DNA of 62,923 nucleotides, counting the filler, from Octopus bimaculoides (lineage: Eukaryota), in assembly GCF_001194135.2 (NCBI RefSeq). It is 4 parts of 3 records of this genome, joined end to end, with 100 filler letters (N's around TTAATTAATTAA, not from the genome) between each part and the next. Parts side by side here need not be neighbours in the genome. Positions count along the whole stretch, not along the records: positions 1 to 29,481 come from NC_068999.1; positions 29,582 to 55,472 come from NC_068988.1; 2 more parts are not named here. The stretch is one strand, 5' to 3'. How positions within the stretch are numbered: position 1 is the first letter of the stretch; the number at the start of each line of letters is the position of its first letter. Of this stretch, positions 27,124 to 40,635 are shown piece after piece. The notes below the pieces were generated by a model. The model was not told the origin of the DNA. It ran no database searches and saw only the letters and a list, made by a program, of their open reading frames with translations. The position numbers were made by a program, and so were the translations under genes.

Positions 27124-29444
27124 ATTTCCATCAAAGTTGTAAAATTGGCAAAAAATGCTATCGATATATGGACAACAAGTAGTACCGAACCATCAATAAA
27201 TATTGAATCGATGGCAATTTCTGAAATGCAAGTAAGTTCCAAAGCAACGCAAAAAGTATGACCTCCTAAATGTACACATCTAAATTAATACCCACGGAAG
27301 TGTCGATCTTACTCACAATATATTATTTATGTTTCAAACATGATACCATTACTATTTCAAAATTAAATATTGACTTAAAATCCTTTCGTTTCAAATATAG
27401 TTACTGCCATCATCTGCTGTTATGAAGAAAGACAATTAGAAATACTAGAATATGCTTGTCAGCAAAATTACTCATGCAGTCTAAAAATAATGATATAAAA
27501 ATGACACAATTCTTTTGATCGAATATAACAAAAATCTCAACTAATCTTCTGATCTGTTCATTTCAAAAATATTTCAAATAATATATTTTACTAAAATTTC
27601 ACATATTCTGAATAAACTTCTACTAATAGCCAAAATAGCGTTAGAACAAAGATGTTTATTTGAGAAAAACGTCAGCTAAAATTCTAGAAAAATATATTTA
27701 ATATCATGTCCATCATCATTTTTGTAAAATGTGNNNNNNNNNNNNNNNNNNNNNNNNNNNNNNNNNNNNNNNNNNNNNNNNNNNNNNNNNNNNNNNNNNN
27801 NNNNNNNNNNNNNNNNNNNNNNNNNNNNNNNNNNNNNNNNNNNNNNNNNNNNNNNNNNNNNNNNNNNNNNNNNNNNNNNNNNNNNNNNNNNNNNNNNNNN
27901 NNNNNNNNNNNNNNNNNNNNNNNNNNNNNNNNNNNNNNNNNNNNNNNNNNNNNNNNNNNNNNNNNNNNNNNNNNNNNNNNNNNNNNNNNNNNNNNNNNNN
28001 NNNNNNNNNNNNNNNNNNNNNNNNNNNNNNNNNNNNNNNNNNNNNNNNNNNNNNNNNNNNNNNNNNNNNNNNNNNNNNNNNNNNNNNNNNNNNNNNNNNN
28101 NNNNNNNNNNNNNNNNNNNNNNNNNNNNNNNNNNNNNNNNNNNNNNNNNNNNNNNNNNNNNNNNNNNNNNNNNNNNNNNNNNNNNNNNNNNNNNNNNNNN
28201 NNNNNNNNNNNNNNNNNNNNNNNNNNNNNNNNNNNNNNNNNNNNNNNNNNNNNNNNNNNNNNNNNNNNNNNNNNNNNNNNNNNNNNNNNNNNNNNNNNNN
28301 NNNNNNNNNNNNNNNNNNNNNNNNNNNNNNNNNNNNNNNNNNNNNNNNNNNNNNNNNNNNNNNNNNNNNNNNNNNNNNNNNNNNNNNNNNNNNNNNNNNN
28401 NNNNNNNNNNNNNNNNNNNNNNNNNNNNNNNNNNNNNNNNNNNNNNNNNNNNNNNNNNNNNNNNNNNNNNNNNNNNNNNNNNNNNNNNNNNNNNNNNNNN
28501 NNNNNNNNNNNNNATATATATATATATATATATACATAATGATCCATATATATTTATATAAATATGTTCCTATATAAATGTAAATAATACTCGTTTATAA
28601 ACATAATTATATATTCATACTTGTGTGTGTGTGTGCGTGTGCATGTGTGTGCGTGTGTGTGTTTTACGTATCTATATGCATTTTATTATATGCTTTTCTG
28701 TTTTTATTGTTCTCACACCTTTTCATAAAGTTAGATAATACATGCTGAGGAAAATATTTTTAAGCACGACTGTTTTGATACTCCTGTATTATGTCTGGTA
28801 GACAACTTAAGTATGTAAAAAACAAAAACGAAGACATATACGCACAAACTCACATGTGTATATGTATGTATGTATGTATGAATGTATGTATTTATGTGCG
28901 TATGTGTGCATAATTGTTTATGTGTGTGTATGAAGGTGTATTTATTTGTATGTTTGAGTTTCATTACCTACAGTTATGCAATTATTACCGTTAGAATATT
29001 ATATTTAGTAAATGTTATATCTCTTTACTTGAGTGTTGGTTTTCTTGATTATGTCTGATTATGTGAAACAAACGTGTATGAATCAGGTGTAACATTGTCT
29101 CAGGTCCTATATTTATGATACATTAAAAAAACAACTTTAATAACCCTATTTATATGCAAATGGAAGGAAATCAGATAATCTTTCGCGGGATATTGAGAAT
29201 TGTATTGCTATAATGGTAACATTCAATAACAAAATAAAAAGGACATTCATAAATATATTGGATCCATTTATTCGTAGCTTGTGTGATAATGATTCCTTAG
29301 AAATATAAGATCGCATACCAACATACCACACCTTTCAATTACGAGCAGATGTATACCAAGAAATATTAAAACGCACAAACTCCCACACATGCATACACAC
29401 ATTTCCATGAGACGAGAAATGGGTACATTAAAAATACACACACA

Positions 29445-29481
<37 letters not shown>

Positions 29482-29525
29482 NNNNNNNNNNNNNNNNNNN
29501 NNNNNNNNNNNNNNNNNNNNNNNNN

Positions 29526-29537
29526 TTAATTAATTAA
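29526..29537. other. Artificial scaffolding spacer TTAATTAATTAA inside a 100-nt N gap
   Basis: The same 12-mer, flanked by N runs, also occurs at 55517-55528 and 60226-60237. Confidence 0.9.
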
Positions 29538-29581
29538 NNNNNNNNNNNNNNNNNNNNNNNNNNNNNNNNNNNNNNNNNNNN

Positions 29582-31646
29582 AAAAAACATCAACTAAATA
29601 ACGAAATCAAAGAGAGGCTATCTTCATTACTTAGAAACATAACTAGAGATGACGACAGAAAGAGAATCCAACAAGATCTAGGAAAATCGTACATGAAAGA
29701 ATTTGAAACGGTGAAGACACGCCAGATTAAGAAGTTTATGAAACTCAATGGTCGGAGAATGAAGACTGAAGTCCATCACCCACCTGTGAAAGCAGTGATT
29801 AATGTAAGTAGCCGACGTCTGGAAGACTCCGAAGAAGCCGTACTAAACAAAGGTCTCAACTTTGCGACAACCATCAAGCGCATTCCATACTTGGATATAA
29901 TAGCCCCTATTGAAGAGATAGCGGTAAAGGTACCGAAAGCTCAGGGAGATGAACTAAGGTGGAAGGTGAGACAGGTACTGGAGAAAGCGAAACTTCCCAA
30001 ACCAAACATCACTAAGGAAGAAAAGTTCGCTATCAAAAGGCTACAAGGAGACAATTCCATCATAGTTTTCTCCCAGCGGACAAGGGAAATGCTACAGTGG
30101 TGATGAACAAGTCTGACTACTCCGAAAAATTGGCAAGTCTTATAAGTGATGGTAGCTACAGTAGAGTCAAGAAAGACCCAACTCTGAAAACAGAGAGGTA
30201 GTTGTCACAGATCTTGATCAAGAACAAGGATCACTTCACACCAATGAAGTACAGACAGCTGACTCAACACTACAGTAAACTACCACACATGTACGGTCTC
30301 CCTAAGATTCACAAGGAAAGTATTCCACTAAGACCTATAGTGAGCTGTAGAGGTTCAGCATGTCATCCACTGAGCCGCTTCTTGGTGGATATAATCAGTC
30401 CATTAGCAGGAAAGTCAACATCATACGTGAAGAATTCCACCCACTTCACAGAATTGATCAAGGATACCCCCATTGAATCCAACAAGATGGTGAGTCTAGA
30501 TGTGATAGTCTATTCACCAAAGTCCCAACTGGTGAAGCACTATCGGTGATTCAAGAAAAACTAGTGACAGACACCCATCTAAAAGAACGCACTAGTATAC
30601 CAATAACAAACTTGATGGAAATGTTGACTTTCTGTGTAGAAATTACCTACTTCAGTATGGACACTGATATATATCGACAAAGGATGGTTTAGCTATGGGT
30701 ACGCCATTATCACCGATAATAGCCAATATATACATGGAATACTTCGAGAATTTGGCTTTAGGATCAACACCACTAAAACCAACCCTATGGCTGCGATACG
30801 TTGATGACACCTTTATTCTCTGGCCCCACCAGCAAGATGTCCAAATGCTGTTAGATCATGTGAACTCAATAAATCCATCCATACAGTTCACCATGGAAAA
30901 CGAACAGAACAATCAGCTGGCATTCCTGGACGTATTAATAACACGCACCGAGTATGGATTCAGGACATCCGTATATCGCAAGCCAACCTTCAATGGACGA
31001 TACCTTAACTTCAATTCCCACCATCCATACAGTGTAAAGAAAGGANNNNNNNNNNNNNNNNNNNNNNNNNNNNNNNNNNNNNNNNNNNNNNNNNNNNNNN
31101 NNNNNNNNNNNNNNNNNNNNNNNNNNNNNNNNNNNNNNNNNNNNNNNNNNNNNNNNNNNNNNNNNNNNNNNNNNNNNNNNNNNNNNNNNNNNNNNNNNNN
31201 NNNNNNNNNNNNNNNNNNNNNNNNNNNNNNNNNNNNNNNNNNNNNNNNNNNNNNNNNNNNNNNNNNNNNNNNNNNNNNNNNNNNNNNNNNNNNNNNNNNN
31301 NNNNNNNNNNNNNNNNNNNNNNNNNNNNNNNNNNNNNNNNNNNNNNNNNNNNNNNNNNNNNNNNNTTCGCCCCCTCAAAATAAGGGTAGAAGAACATCGC
31401 AAAGCTGCAACACGAGGAGATATTGATAAATCGGGTATAGCTGATCATGTATGGAAAAATGGAAACCACCTCCCCCTGTGGGATGAAGTTAAAATAATAG
31501 ACAGGGAACAACACTGGAATATACGAAAACTAAATGAAGCAGCACATATGCTAGGACACAACAACCTCCTAAGCAGACCGAGTGCAGATATGAATAGCAT
31601 ATGGGAACCGGTATTGAGGAAGGATTCACGGCAGCCACCTGATTAA
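29582..31646 (+). pseudogene. Disrupted PLE polyprotein ORF (reverse transcriptase + GIY-YIG)
   Basis: Open from 29582; frameshifts near 30065, 30505 and 30680; in-frame TAG at about 30199; the GIY-YIG signature itself falls in the N gap 31047-31366. Confidence 0.85.
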
Positions 31647-31724
31647 TAATAGTAATAATAATAATAATAACATAAGAATAGTAACATCGTTAGGAATGAG
31701 AACCCAGGTTCGAAATTTCCCCAA

Positions 31725-31752
31725 GACACCTGACGAAGGTTGTGTTAACAAC
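31725..31752 (+). ncRNA. Hammerhead remnant lacking stem II and GAAA
   Basis: gacac-CTGACGA-agg|ttgtgtt; relative to 58608-58653 the stem II hairpin and GAAA are deleted. Confidence 0.6.
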
Positions 31753-31792
31753 AAACCAGATGAGTACAAATATCCGTCAAATGTAAATAATG

Positions 31793-31826
<34 letters not shown>

Positions 31827-33940
31827 ACGGGCTTCTGTGTATAAATATATTGTTGTTGTACATTTGTAATACGTCGCTGATTTCCTTCTCGGAAATTTAG
31901 AAATGTCTTGTTTCAGTTACATTTTAGTAAGAATGGAAATACAACTAAACGTGTAAACAATGAAGTTTTACTATATTTAAATACCTAACTGCAAATGAAA
32001 TATATTTATATAAATAAAATATACTAAGAGCGCTAAAATTAACTGGAGATATTAAATAACGCGTGTTTAAACAATTCTTCAGATAAAGGAAAATGTAAAA
32101 ACTGAACCAATATTCATTAGAACAATGCTTTTCTAAATAAATCCATCTCACTTTTATCCTATTTCCTGACTAGTGATAATACCATTAACCGACATATTAA
32201 ACCAGGATGAACTCAGATAGAAATGTTACGTGATGACAAAGAACAATCGTTCGTAAATATATATTGCGAATGATTAACACTAAAATAAAATAAAATAAAA
32301 TAAAATAAAAACACTGCAAAAGATAATATATGGAGTTAGAAGAGAAATTGGTATGAAATGCGTATTAGGAAGTGCGCTAAGTAACCATGAAGATAAGAAA
32401 ATTAGAAAAACAACACTAATGCTGTGCTAGATAAAAGAAAGAGAAAATAATTAGGACAAATACAGGATTACAAATGCTTTGGAATCAATAAAAGAGAGTA
32501 CAGCTTAAAAAACGAAAGAAATGGTTTGGAAATATGATTATATACGCATTAGATTTATACTTGAAACAGACCTAAATGCGAAATAATACAAAGCAAGATT
32601 CTTGATGTTTTAGTAATAGGCTATTGGTATATTCTCACTTATATGCTATATGGATTTTTTTAAAGCATGGGAAATGATTATTGCGCATCAAATGTGTCAC
32701 CCAATATTATGTAAGATACGTAGAGATAAAAAGAACAGCAAAAATGTTTAGTAGAGAACGGCAGACTACCAAAATAGTTCGTAAAGAAAAAAAATGGGAA
32801 ACTAAGATAAATAGTTGAGTAACACGAGCAAATCATAAACTGTCGTTTTCTTTTTTTAAGGAAGTTGACAAATACAAAATAGACGCTGAACAGAGAAGCA
32901 GTTTTGTGGAGAATGAAGAAATAAGAGATACTAGAAGCAAAACAAACAAAAAAATAATCTAAAAATGGTACCAAACTATATCATGCACAAACTGTAAAAT
33001 GGAAAGCCTTTTCAGCACAGATAGTAAGACTAGCTGTGAATCGAAAGACTTAAGGGTGGTATTCAATGCATATTTGCTTTTACATGAAGCCTTCCTTTCA
33101 TAAACTTCCGAAACCATGTAAATATAGTGCATACATTGGTTAAAACTGCAGAATAAGTAGCGGTTAGAAATAAACACTTGACAACATTGTCTCTAATACA
33201 CCAGTTTTAGCCAAGAAAGAATGTATAGAAAAGCATGATATAGTGCAGTGTTCAAGCATTTGGAATTATTCCAAAGACATAAAACATCAACAGAGAAGTG
33301 ATATTAACATGAGAATGACAAAAACACTATATTGTAAGATTACCCAACCGATATAGTGAAGACTCGTTATTATTGGATAGATAAATATTCATGTTAAGCA
33401 ATATCAGAGAAGCGGTGTCTCCTAATCTACGCATGATACCCAAAAGATGATAATGTATCCCTAAGAGAAATGAGGTAGCTATCAGAAAATGAAGGTCTTG
33501 TGGATGAAAACGAAAATTAAGATGAAAAACGGCTGATTTGTTTTGCAATAGATTTCACTGGGCGAATAGAAATTGGTTCGTAGAGTTTCGGCTGTTGAGC
33601 TGCTGTCTTTGTATAGAACACGTGTGTTTTGCTGTCTCGCAGCGGTGTTGTTCGACGTCTTGTTTGATGGGGAAGCTTCGTAGGTTCGTGCCTTCGTAAT
33701 GGAATACGAAAGTTTGAGATCTTCTTCAGACTTTACGTTTTCTGAGGAAGAGCTGGTTAAAAGTCTGAAAGAGAATAGACGAAGCAATGGAAATGAAAAA
33801 TTATGCCTGCCTTAATTAAGGATGCCTTCCTTAATTACATTTTCTAACGAAATGCTTATCCAACCGACTAGCCCTCTCCCCACAAAACAATTTCGGGCCT
33901 TGTTGCTAGAGTAGAAAAAAAAATATTTCCTTATTCCTAA

Positions 33941-34156
33941 AAGGCGGCGAGCTGGCAGAACCGTTAGCATGCTGGACGAAAGGCTTAGCGGTATTTCGTC
34001 TGCCGTTACGTTCTGAATTCAAATTCCGCAGAGGGCGACCTTGCCCTTCATCCTTTCGGCGTCGTACTGGGGTCGATGTAATTGACTTAATTCCTTTATC
34101 TGTCTTTGTTTGTCCCCTCTATGTTTAGCCTCCTGTGGGCAATGAAAGGATAAATA
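33941..34156 (+). mobile_element. SINE family A, alternative tail (A2); a family A tail fragment precedes it at 33863-33924
   Basis: aaggcggcgagctggcagaaccgttagc ... gttctgaattcaaattcc ... tgtttgtcccctctatgtttagcc. Confidence 0.85.
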
Positions 34157-34499
34157 TTTCTTTATTTGTGCCTTTGATTCTCTCACCGGTTATTTATCCT
34201 TTCCGATCGAATGAACTAACATTATAAGAGTAACCATTTCGATAAGAACACACTTTAAGACGCGCCTGATCCTGTAATGTAAACGTTTTATTTTCAAATG
34301 ATTTAAATTAAAATTTCTCATGGTAATTTATGTTAATTTATGCTCCAAAAATAATTCAATATATTTTTCATCATATTTCAGAATTATTTTAAGTAAACTG
34401 GGTGTATTTCAGTAGAAATATACTAACAAAAGGGTTTCAAAAGAAAGAAAAGCGTTTGAGAAGAGGGGCATCTGAAGTATGTCTTGATAGTTACAAATC

Positions 34500-34500
34500 G

Positions 34501-34531
<31 letters not shown>

Positions 34532-34570
34532 AAAATAGAAAGAAAGAAAGAAAGATAGAAAGAAAGGAGA
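34500..34570. repeat. (AAAG)n microsatellite
   Basis: Direct repeat run. Confidence 0.9.
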
Positions 34571-35595
34571 AGGAATGAAGAAGCAATATGTGTAAATGAA
34601 TGTCTTAATGAAAATAAATGCAAGGTTTAAGATAAAATGAAGTTGTTTGGTGAAAAACAATGAAAAAATGAGAAGAAATATTAAAAGGATAAAGAAACGT
34701 ATGAAACAAAGATAAATCGAAACACGTTAAGATTAAAAGGGAAGGTATGAAAAGCTGCCATTGGGAATAAAGAAAAGAGAAAATAAAGAAAAAAATGTGA
34801 AAACAAGGAGTGATGAAAATAAATGAAAAATGAAAACTCGTTTCAAAGAATAGAAATGAATCAATTTTTTTTACACAAATACCGGGAAGCAAAATCTGTG
34901 ACACAAATGCTGGAGCGCGAAGCGCTCCTCACGACCGCGTGTCCGTGAGGTAGTTGTGATTATTAAACAGTTTTGTGTAGGAACCAGACAGAGATATGAA
35001 CACGCAATGCGCATGTCATATCTCGCTGTATCTCACTGTTTTAATTATGCAGATATCACCATGGGAAAAGAAATTCCATGCAGCTTCAGTTTTTTTTTTT
35101 TTTTTTCTGACTATTTTTAGCAGGTCACCCGCTGGTCTTCAGCATTTCTAACAACGAGACAAGCAATCAGAGCTTCAATGAGTTAATATACTCTGCTGGT
35201 CGAAGATTAGATTTCAATTACGTTATAAGAATGCGTATGTTCCCACAAACACACACACATACACACACATTATGCATAGGTGAACAGGCACATATATATA
35301 TATATAGGCGCTCACATTCATCAATCTGTCTATCTATGTATCTTTCAGTCTATTTGTCGATCTATATGTGTATGTGTGTATCTTTTATTCTTTATCTTGT
35401 ACTTTGTCTTGTGCATTTCCCTCATTAGTCTACAGCCATACTGAGGTATCACCTTCAAGGATTATAGTCTAACAAATCGACGCCTATGCTTATGCTTTTA
35501 AATCTGATGCTTATACTCTGAGACATTTTCTGCTGAACGGCTGTCTTACCAGGACGTACACATGTTTTAAAGCGGTACTGGGAGACAAACATAAT

Positions 35596-35629
<34 letters not shown>

Positions 35630-35634
35630 TACAC

Positions 35635-35701
<67 letters not shown>

Positions 35702-35884
35702 ACACACACTTGTCGAATCGTTGTCGGTATAAACAAATTCACCTCAGATTTGGTGAAATGTGTTGTGGACTGCGTCGGTTGTTTGTTTTTGAAGTGCAGT
35801 ACTAGAAAATTGAAACCAATTATTTACATTCAATTATATTTTGGACCTTGAAAGCTCTACAAGTCATTACTCAAGGCTATTCTG

Positions 35885-36010
35885 ACCGTAGATATGGAGG
35901 TTAAGAGAGCAAGACGCCGTCAGATCGTTTGAGAACGAACGATATTAAAGAATGGACACTAAACAAGAGCCTGGCACAACATAAGCGGAAATGAGGTGTC
36001 TGAGAAGCCG
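35885..36010 (+). pseudogene. Short decayed RTE-type LINE C-terminal fragment
   Basis: V.KRARRRQ ... NDIKEWT resembles the RTE motif G.RRRGRQ.KRW.DNIKEWT. Confidence 0.45.
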
Positions 36011-36488
36011 TTCACTGGACACAGGGAAGACACCTAGTGGATGGTTGATGATGGGTTATTCATCAAGCATTTTTCCACTTAGTCTGACAATCAGTTAAAT
36101 TTTACTTGTATCACATACGTTTGATAGACGCAGTGTGAAGGAAAACGTTTTAAGCGGTGATGAATGAAATAAGGATGTAGTGCCACGACATCGCCTGCCT
36201 TCACACATCGCAACTTTACTGTCACGTTTTGCTAATATATGAGATGGCTAGGGAATCCTTTCAGCTGATGTTTTCCTATCGTTCGTTAAATAACGGGAGT
36301 AGCCTATGAGAAGTCTGCAGTACTGCAGGAAACATGTTCCATTACGTGTTCTACGAAAGAAGACGTTACTTGTGTTGTATCAGAAACGGAAACAAGTTTG
36401 CAAGTTTATTGTATCAGAAAGGAAAACAAGCCGGAAGGGATTTTGATTCAATCGTGTAAGCAAAAGCCAGGCATTTGTTTTCTTATAG

Positions 36489-36575
36489 AGGTTGTTTCAT
36501 TGACGGTGGGGACAGATCCCATAGTCTGGTTTTATGGATGGCATACTTCCAGTGACGGACACAATGGAAGGCGCC
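36489..36575 (+). other. Candidate exon (possibly start-codon exon MDGILPVTDTMEGA)
   Basis: Acceptor tttgttttcttatag|, donor GCC|GTGAGT, ATG at 36534 open to the donor. No homology recognised. Confidence 0.35.
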
Positions 36576-37744
36576 GTGAGTTTAAGAGAAGAATTAAGAA
36601 ATAAGTAGAAATGTACAAGTATTGAACATCTAAAATGCAGCACATAAATCGTCAAGTGATAGAATTAGTTAATAACACAATTTCTAGACATAAACAGATA
36701 GACAGGAAATATATCATCTCTGTTTCCATCAAGATGCAAACAAACGCTTCCACTTAGCAGAGACAGAGAATGTCCGGCGAAATTTTAAATTGCATAGTTA
36801 GCTTACAAGAACAACCGTAGTTGTAATCTTTTGTTTTATTCTCTATATCTGTTTAACTAGTGTTTCCTTTATCGGAGATAATCTAAATATTGTTCTATCG
36901 AAACTCTAGGATAATATTCATGTACAACACAATACATTACAACTATTAGTCAAATCACATATAAAGTGCATTAGATTAATCAAATTCACAAACCATATAG
37001 GAGGTGTTTTACATGAAGCAAATGCACACCAACTATAAAATAGATGGACCCATTACGAAAACTTTCATAAAATACAACACAAATTGCATTAAGCCAAACC
37101 ATTACTAGCACTGATAATGTACTATATTTAACATTTAATCATTTAATATCTTCTCGTCCGTAGCATACCATTTACTGGCTAGTGTTTCAACAGGCTGCTG
37201 ATAGAAAGAAATTGATGCATAAGTTTGATTGATAATCATCGTAAAAATTGCAAACTTCATGACTTCAACTGTTATATTGCCCATAAATATGTAACAGTCA
37301 CTTGCTCTCCCATGACACACTTAAAATGAGGAGAAATTGCAGTTTTCTATATCATACAATCAAAATATATCCATACGGGAAAACATTAGTAAACTAAGCA
37401 TGCGTTCCAAAATATTCCAAAATATTTCACTAATATAAATTATAAATGGTAAGTGCTAAGTATAAAACAGAATGCAATGTTTAAGTCTACACTCAGATGT
37501 TAATCAATCGCCCAACTTATGTCATTCAAATCAATTACGTTATGTCTGCAATAATCACATTGATCTTGTTTACTATGAAAAAAGGGCAAAGCATAAATAT
37601 CACTTCACACTGAAGGTGAAATTGCGACAGTTTAGACATAACAGTTTGTTTAGGAATATTTAATGTTTGAAACGAACAGCGTGGAACTCATTAGAAAATT
37701 TATAAAGTTCTTTTCAATACAAAACGATATGTGTGGGGGGGGGG

Positions 37745-37890
37745 GGCGCAATGGTCGAGTGGATGCGAATTGGCCCAGTGGTTAGGGCAGCGGACTCGTG
37801 GTCGTCAGATCGCGGTTTCGATTCCCAGGCCGGGCGTTATGAGTATTTACTGGGCGAAAACACCTAAATTTCCACTCACAGTTCCGTTCC
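37745..37890 (+). mobile_element. tRNA-derived SINE, family E (5' part)
   Basis: A-box tggcccagtggtt, B-box-like ggtttcgattccc, followed by gggcgttatgagtatttactgggcgaaaacacctaa. Confidence 0.7.
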
Positions 37891-38081
37891 TCACCAAACG
37901 CTTCATTGATATCGCGAGCTGTTTCAGCAGCTTCACGTCATTTTTTGAAGTTGAAATGCAAAATTGCTAGAATTTTGTAACAGCGGTGAAAATATCAATG
38001 TTAATTCATTGATGCATTTGGGAAAGTCTATATCTCTCTGTATTAATAGACAACTGCAAAGAAATATTGATACATCTGCTA

Positions 38082-38200
38082 ACAAGGCTCTGGTCTGCTT
38101 GGTGTTATAGAAGACACTCACCCAAGATGACTCGGAGTGAAAGTGAACACAAGACCTCCTGCTTGAGAAGTAGGAATTTTGGCTAAACAGCCACGCCTGT
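38082..38200 (-). mobile_element. Degraded SINE family C head
   Basis: acaaggctctggtc...tagaagacactcacccaag...acagccacgcctg. Confidence 0.6.
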
Positions 38201-38327
38201 CTCTAGTATCCAATATATTCTTTTTCTATATCTTATAACATCATGATGTGACTCGTGATATTTGTTTGATATTTTTCTAATGTTAAGTGACAAAGCATTG
38301 TCTTCATTAATCGATCTTTCCTGAAGT

Positions 38328-38518
38328 CGGTGGGTGATCTGACAGAATCTTTAGCAACCCGGGCAAAATGCTTAGTGGTATTTCGTCTGTCGCAACGTCC
38401 TGAGACCTGACCATTTCGGGGTTGATAAATTAAGTACCAGTTGAGTACTGAAGTCGATGTAATCCACTATCTCCCTCCCCAAAATTTCAAGATGTGCGCC
38501 TATAATAGAAAGGATTAA
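38328..38518 (+). mobile_element. SINE family A, internally deleted
   Basis: gggcaaaatgcttagtggtatttcgtc ... tttcggggttgataaattaagtaccagtt. Confidence 0.75.
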
Positions 38519-38989
38519 TAGATATTTCCTTCTCTATCTGATTACTAAAATACACCATTCAAAACCATTCAAAACCATAGTTATACATTCTAAACGGAAA
38601 TGTTGCGAATTTTGTTCAATATAATTTTTAAAGTGCAGTTTAATAGACATTAAATATCGATTTGCTTCTTTTAGTGGTTCAACAGATGTGTGGCTATAAA
38701 TATTTGTTTAAAACAAATTGTTAGATTAAAAGCCCCATGATAATTTACTAATCCAGGGATTTGGTTCCGTTTTAATTAAATCGTTGTTTGAAGAATAAAT
38801 TATGAAACGAATGCGGAGGGCAATGCGTTGAATATGCAAGCCACAAACAGTGCAGAGCAAATTATTAACAGTAATATATCAAAGGTAACACGAACAAAAA
38901 GAAGGACAAAACAATGCCAATATTAGGAGGCAGTACATGGTAAATCGACCTGCTAGAAATAGCACTCACGTCTCTCATAGATATTAATT

Positions 38990-39178
38990 GTGGCACAACA
39001 CCAGAAATTCTAAGAGAAGTGCGAAGTCGATCACATCGACTCCAGTGTCCAAATGGTACGTATTTTATCGACCCTGAGACGATGAAAGCTGAAGTGGACC
39101 TTGGTGGTTTTTCAATTCAGAAAGTATGAAGACAGAAGAAATGCGACGACACATTTAATCTGATGTGCTAACCATTCT
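38990..39178 (-). mobile_element. Degraded SINE family A
   Basis: gtcgatcacatcgactccagt ... ttttatcgaccctga ... gatgaaag. Confidence 0.6.
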
Positions 39179-39714
39179 CTCGTCGTATAACCTTCATGCC
39201 TGTCGTCAACAAGGAAACGACACATAAGGACATGTACTCTTCGACCTACCGAACGAACCAAGGATGCTAGGTTTCCAGTGCCTATTACCGAAGAATTCCA
39301 TTCGACGCTCTAACGATTTCGCTGATACATTGCCCCTTCGATAGACACTACTTATCGACACTGAAAGAAGGTAAGGCAAAGTTGGATTCGATGGGATATG
39401 AACTCAGAACGTTAAGGGCCTGAATAGATAGAACGAGGCATTCTATCCGACCCTATTAATGGACTCGGGTATTTGATCAACTATTTAGTGGCACGTGCAA
39501 TTAAAATGACGCGATGCTCACGAATGGGAATGCCTGTCCAATCAGCGTTTGATGTATGGTAACCTAACAATTATATATATCATCATTATCACGATCTTCC
39601 TCCGTCTCCTCATCACATCATCATCACCACCAACAACAACAACGTTTAGGACGTCACCGACGAATGAGACGGAATTAGATAAACATAAGAAAATGTATTG
39701 GGTGTGGTAGTGCT

Positions 39715-39930
39715 GGCTCGGCGCAGGTGCTGCTTTCCAACCACATGGCTGCATGTTTTGTCCCACAGCGCAGCAACTTACAAATATTTTCTCCTATAGC
39801 TTCGGGGCCGACCAAAGCCAATGGTTGTCATTGACAGGATCTAAAGTATATGTGTATATTTGTATTTCCCCTCAAGTCTTTATTTGTCTGCCGCCAACGA
39901 TTGACAACCGGTGTAGGTTTGTTTACGTTG
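39715..39930 (+). mobile_element. Degraded SINE family C
   Basis: ccaaccacatgg ... ctatagcttcggggccgaccaaagcc ... ttgacaaccggtg. Confidence 0.6.
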
Positions 39931-39942
39931 CCTTAATATTGC

Positions 39943-40635
39943 TTTCTACTCTAGGCTCAAGGCCCGAAATTTTGGTGGGGAGAGGACCAGTCGATTAAAT
40001 CGACTCCAGTATGCAACTGATACTTACTTTTCAAATTCCACCGAGGTCGACTTTACGTTTCATCATTTTGAGGTCGATAAAGTAAGTAGCATTTCATTAC
40101 TGGGGTCGATGAAATCGACCTACTCTCTACCCCGAAATTGATGGCCTTGCGCCAAACTTTGAAATCAGTTATAAGAAACGGTTTAAGGCAGCGAATTAGC
40201 AGAATTGATACCACCCCGGAAAATATTGCTTAGTGACATTTCCTCCGAGTTTTACGTTCTGAGTTCAAATTCCGCCCGGATAGTCTTTGACTTACATTAT
40301 TTCGGGGTCAATAGAATAGGTGCCAGCTGAACGTTGGAGTCCAAGTAATCAACTTGCTTCCTCCCAGAAATTGTTCACTTTCTGCCAAAATTTGGAACCA
40401 ATATTACGAAAAGGTTTGAGGCAGAGAACTCGCAGAATCGTTTTGACACGCTTGGCAAGATCGTTACCGGCAGCTATTTCGGTTTTACGTTCTGACTTCA
40501 AATTACACCGAACTTGACTTTGTTTTTCATCCTCATGGGGTCGCTGAAATACGTACTAGTTAAACACTGGGGTCAATGATATCGACTTACCTCTTCTCCA
40601 GAAATTACTGGCCTCCCACCAAAATTTTAAATCAA
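39943..40635. mobile_element. Cluster of four SINE family A pieces (39943-40028 minus; 40030-40172, 40183-40415, 40420-40635 plus)
   Basis: Repeated ttacgttctga(g/c)ttcaaatt, ggggtcgat and ccaaa...gaaa(t/c)ca tail motifs. Confidence 0.75.

Larger units (their letters stand above)
29582..31797 (+). mobile_element. Penelope-like retroelement (RT + GIY-YIG endonuclease), near full length, with 3' terminal repeat
   Basis: RT motifs YGLPKIHK..PLRPIVS, GLAMGTPLSP, LRYVDDTF, FLDV, YRKPT..YLNFNSHHP; endonuclease C-half RPLKIRVEEH...SGIADHVW...RKLNEAAH; 3' repeat shared with 51.4 kb and 58.4 kb copies. Confidence 0.9.

Noticed and set aside
29526-29537. TTAATTAATTAA conserved at three sites
   Set aside because: Always centred in a 100-nt N gap; an all-frame-stop scaffolding spacer, not a biological motif.
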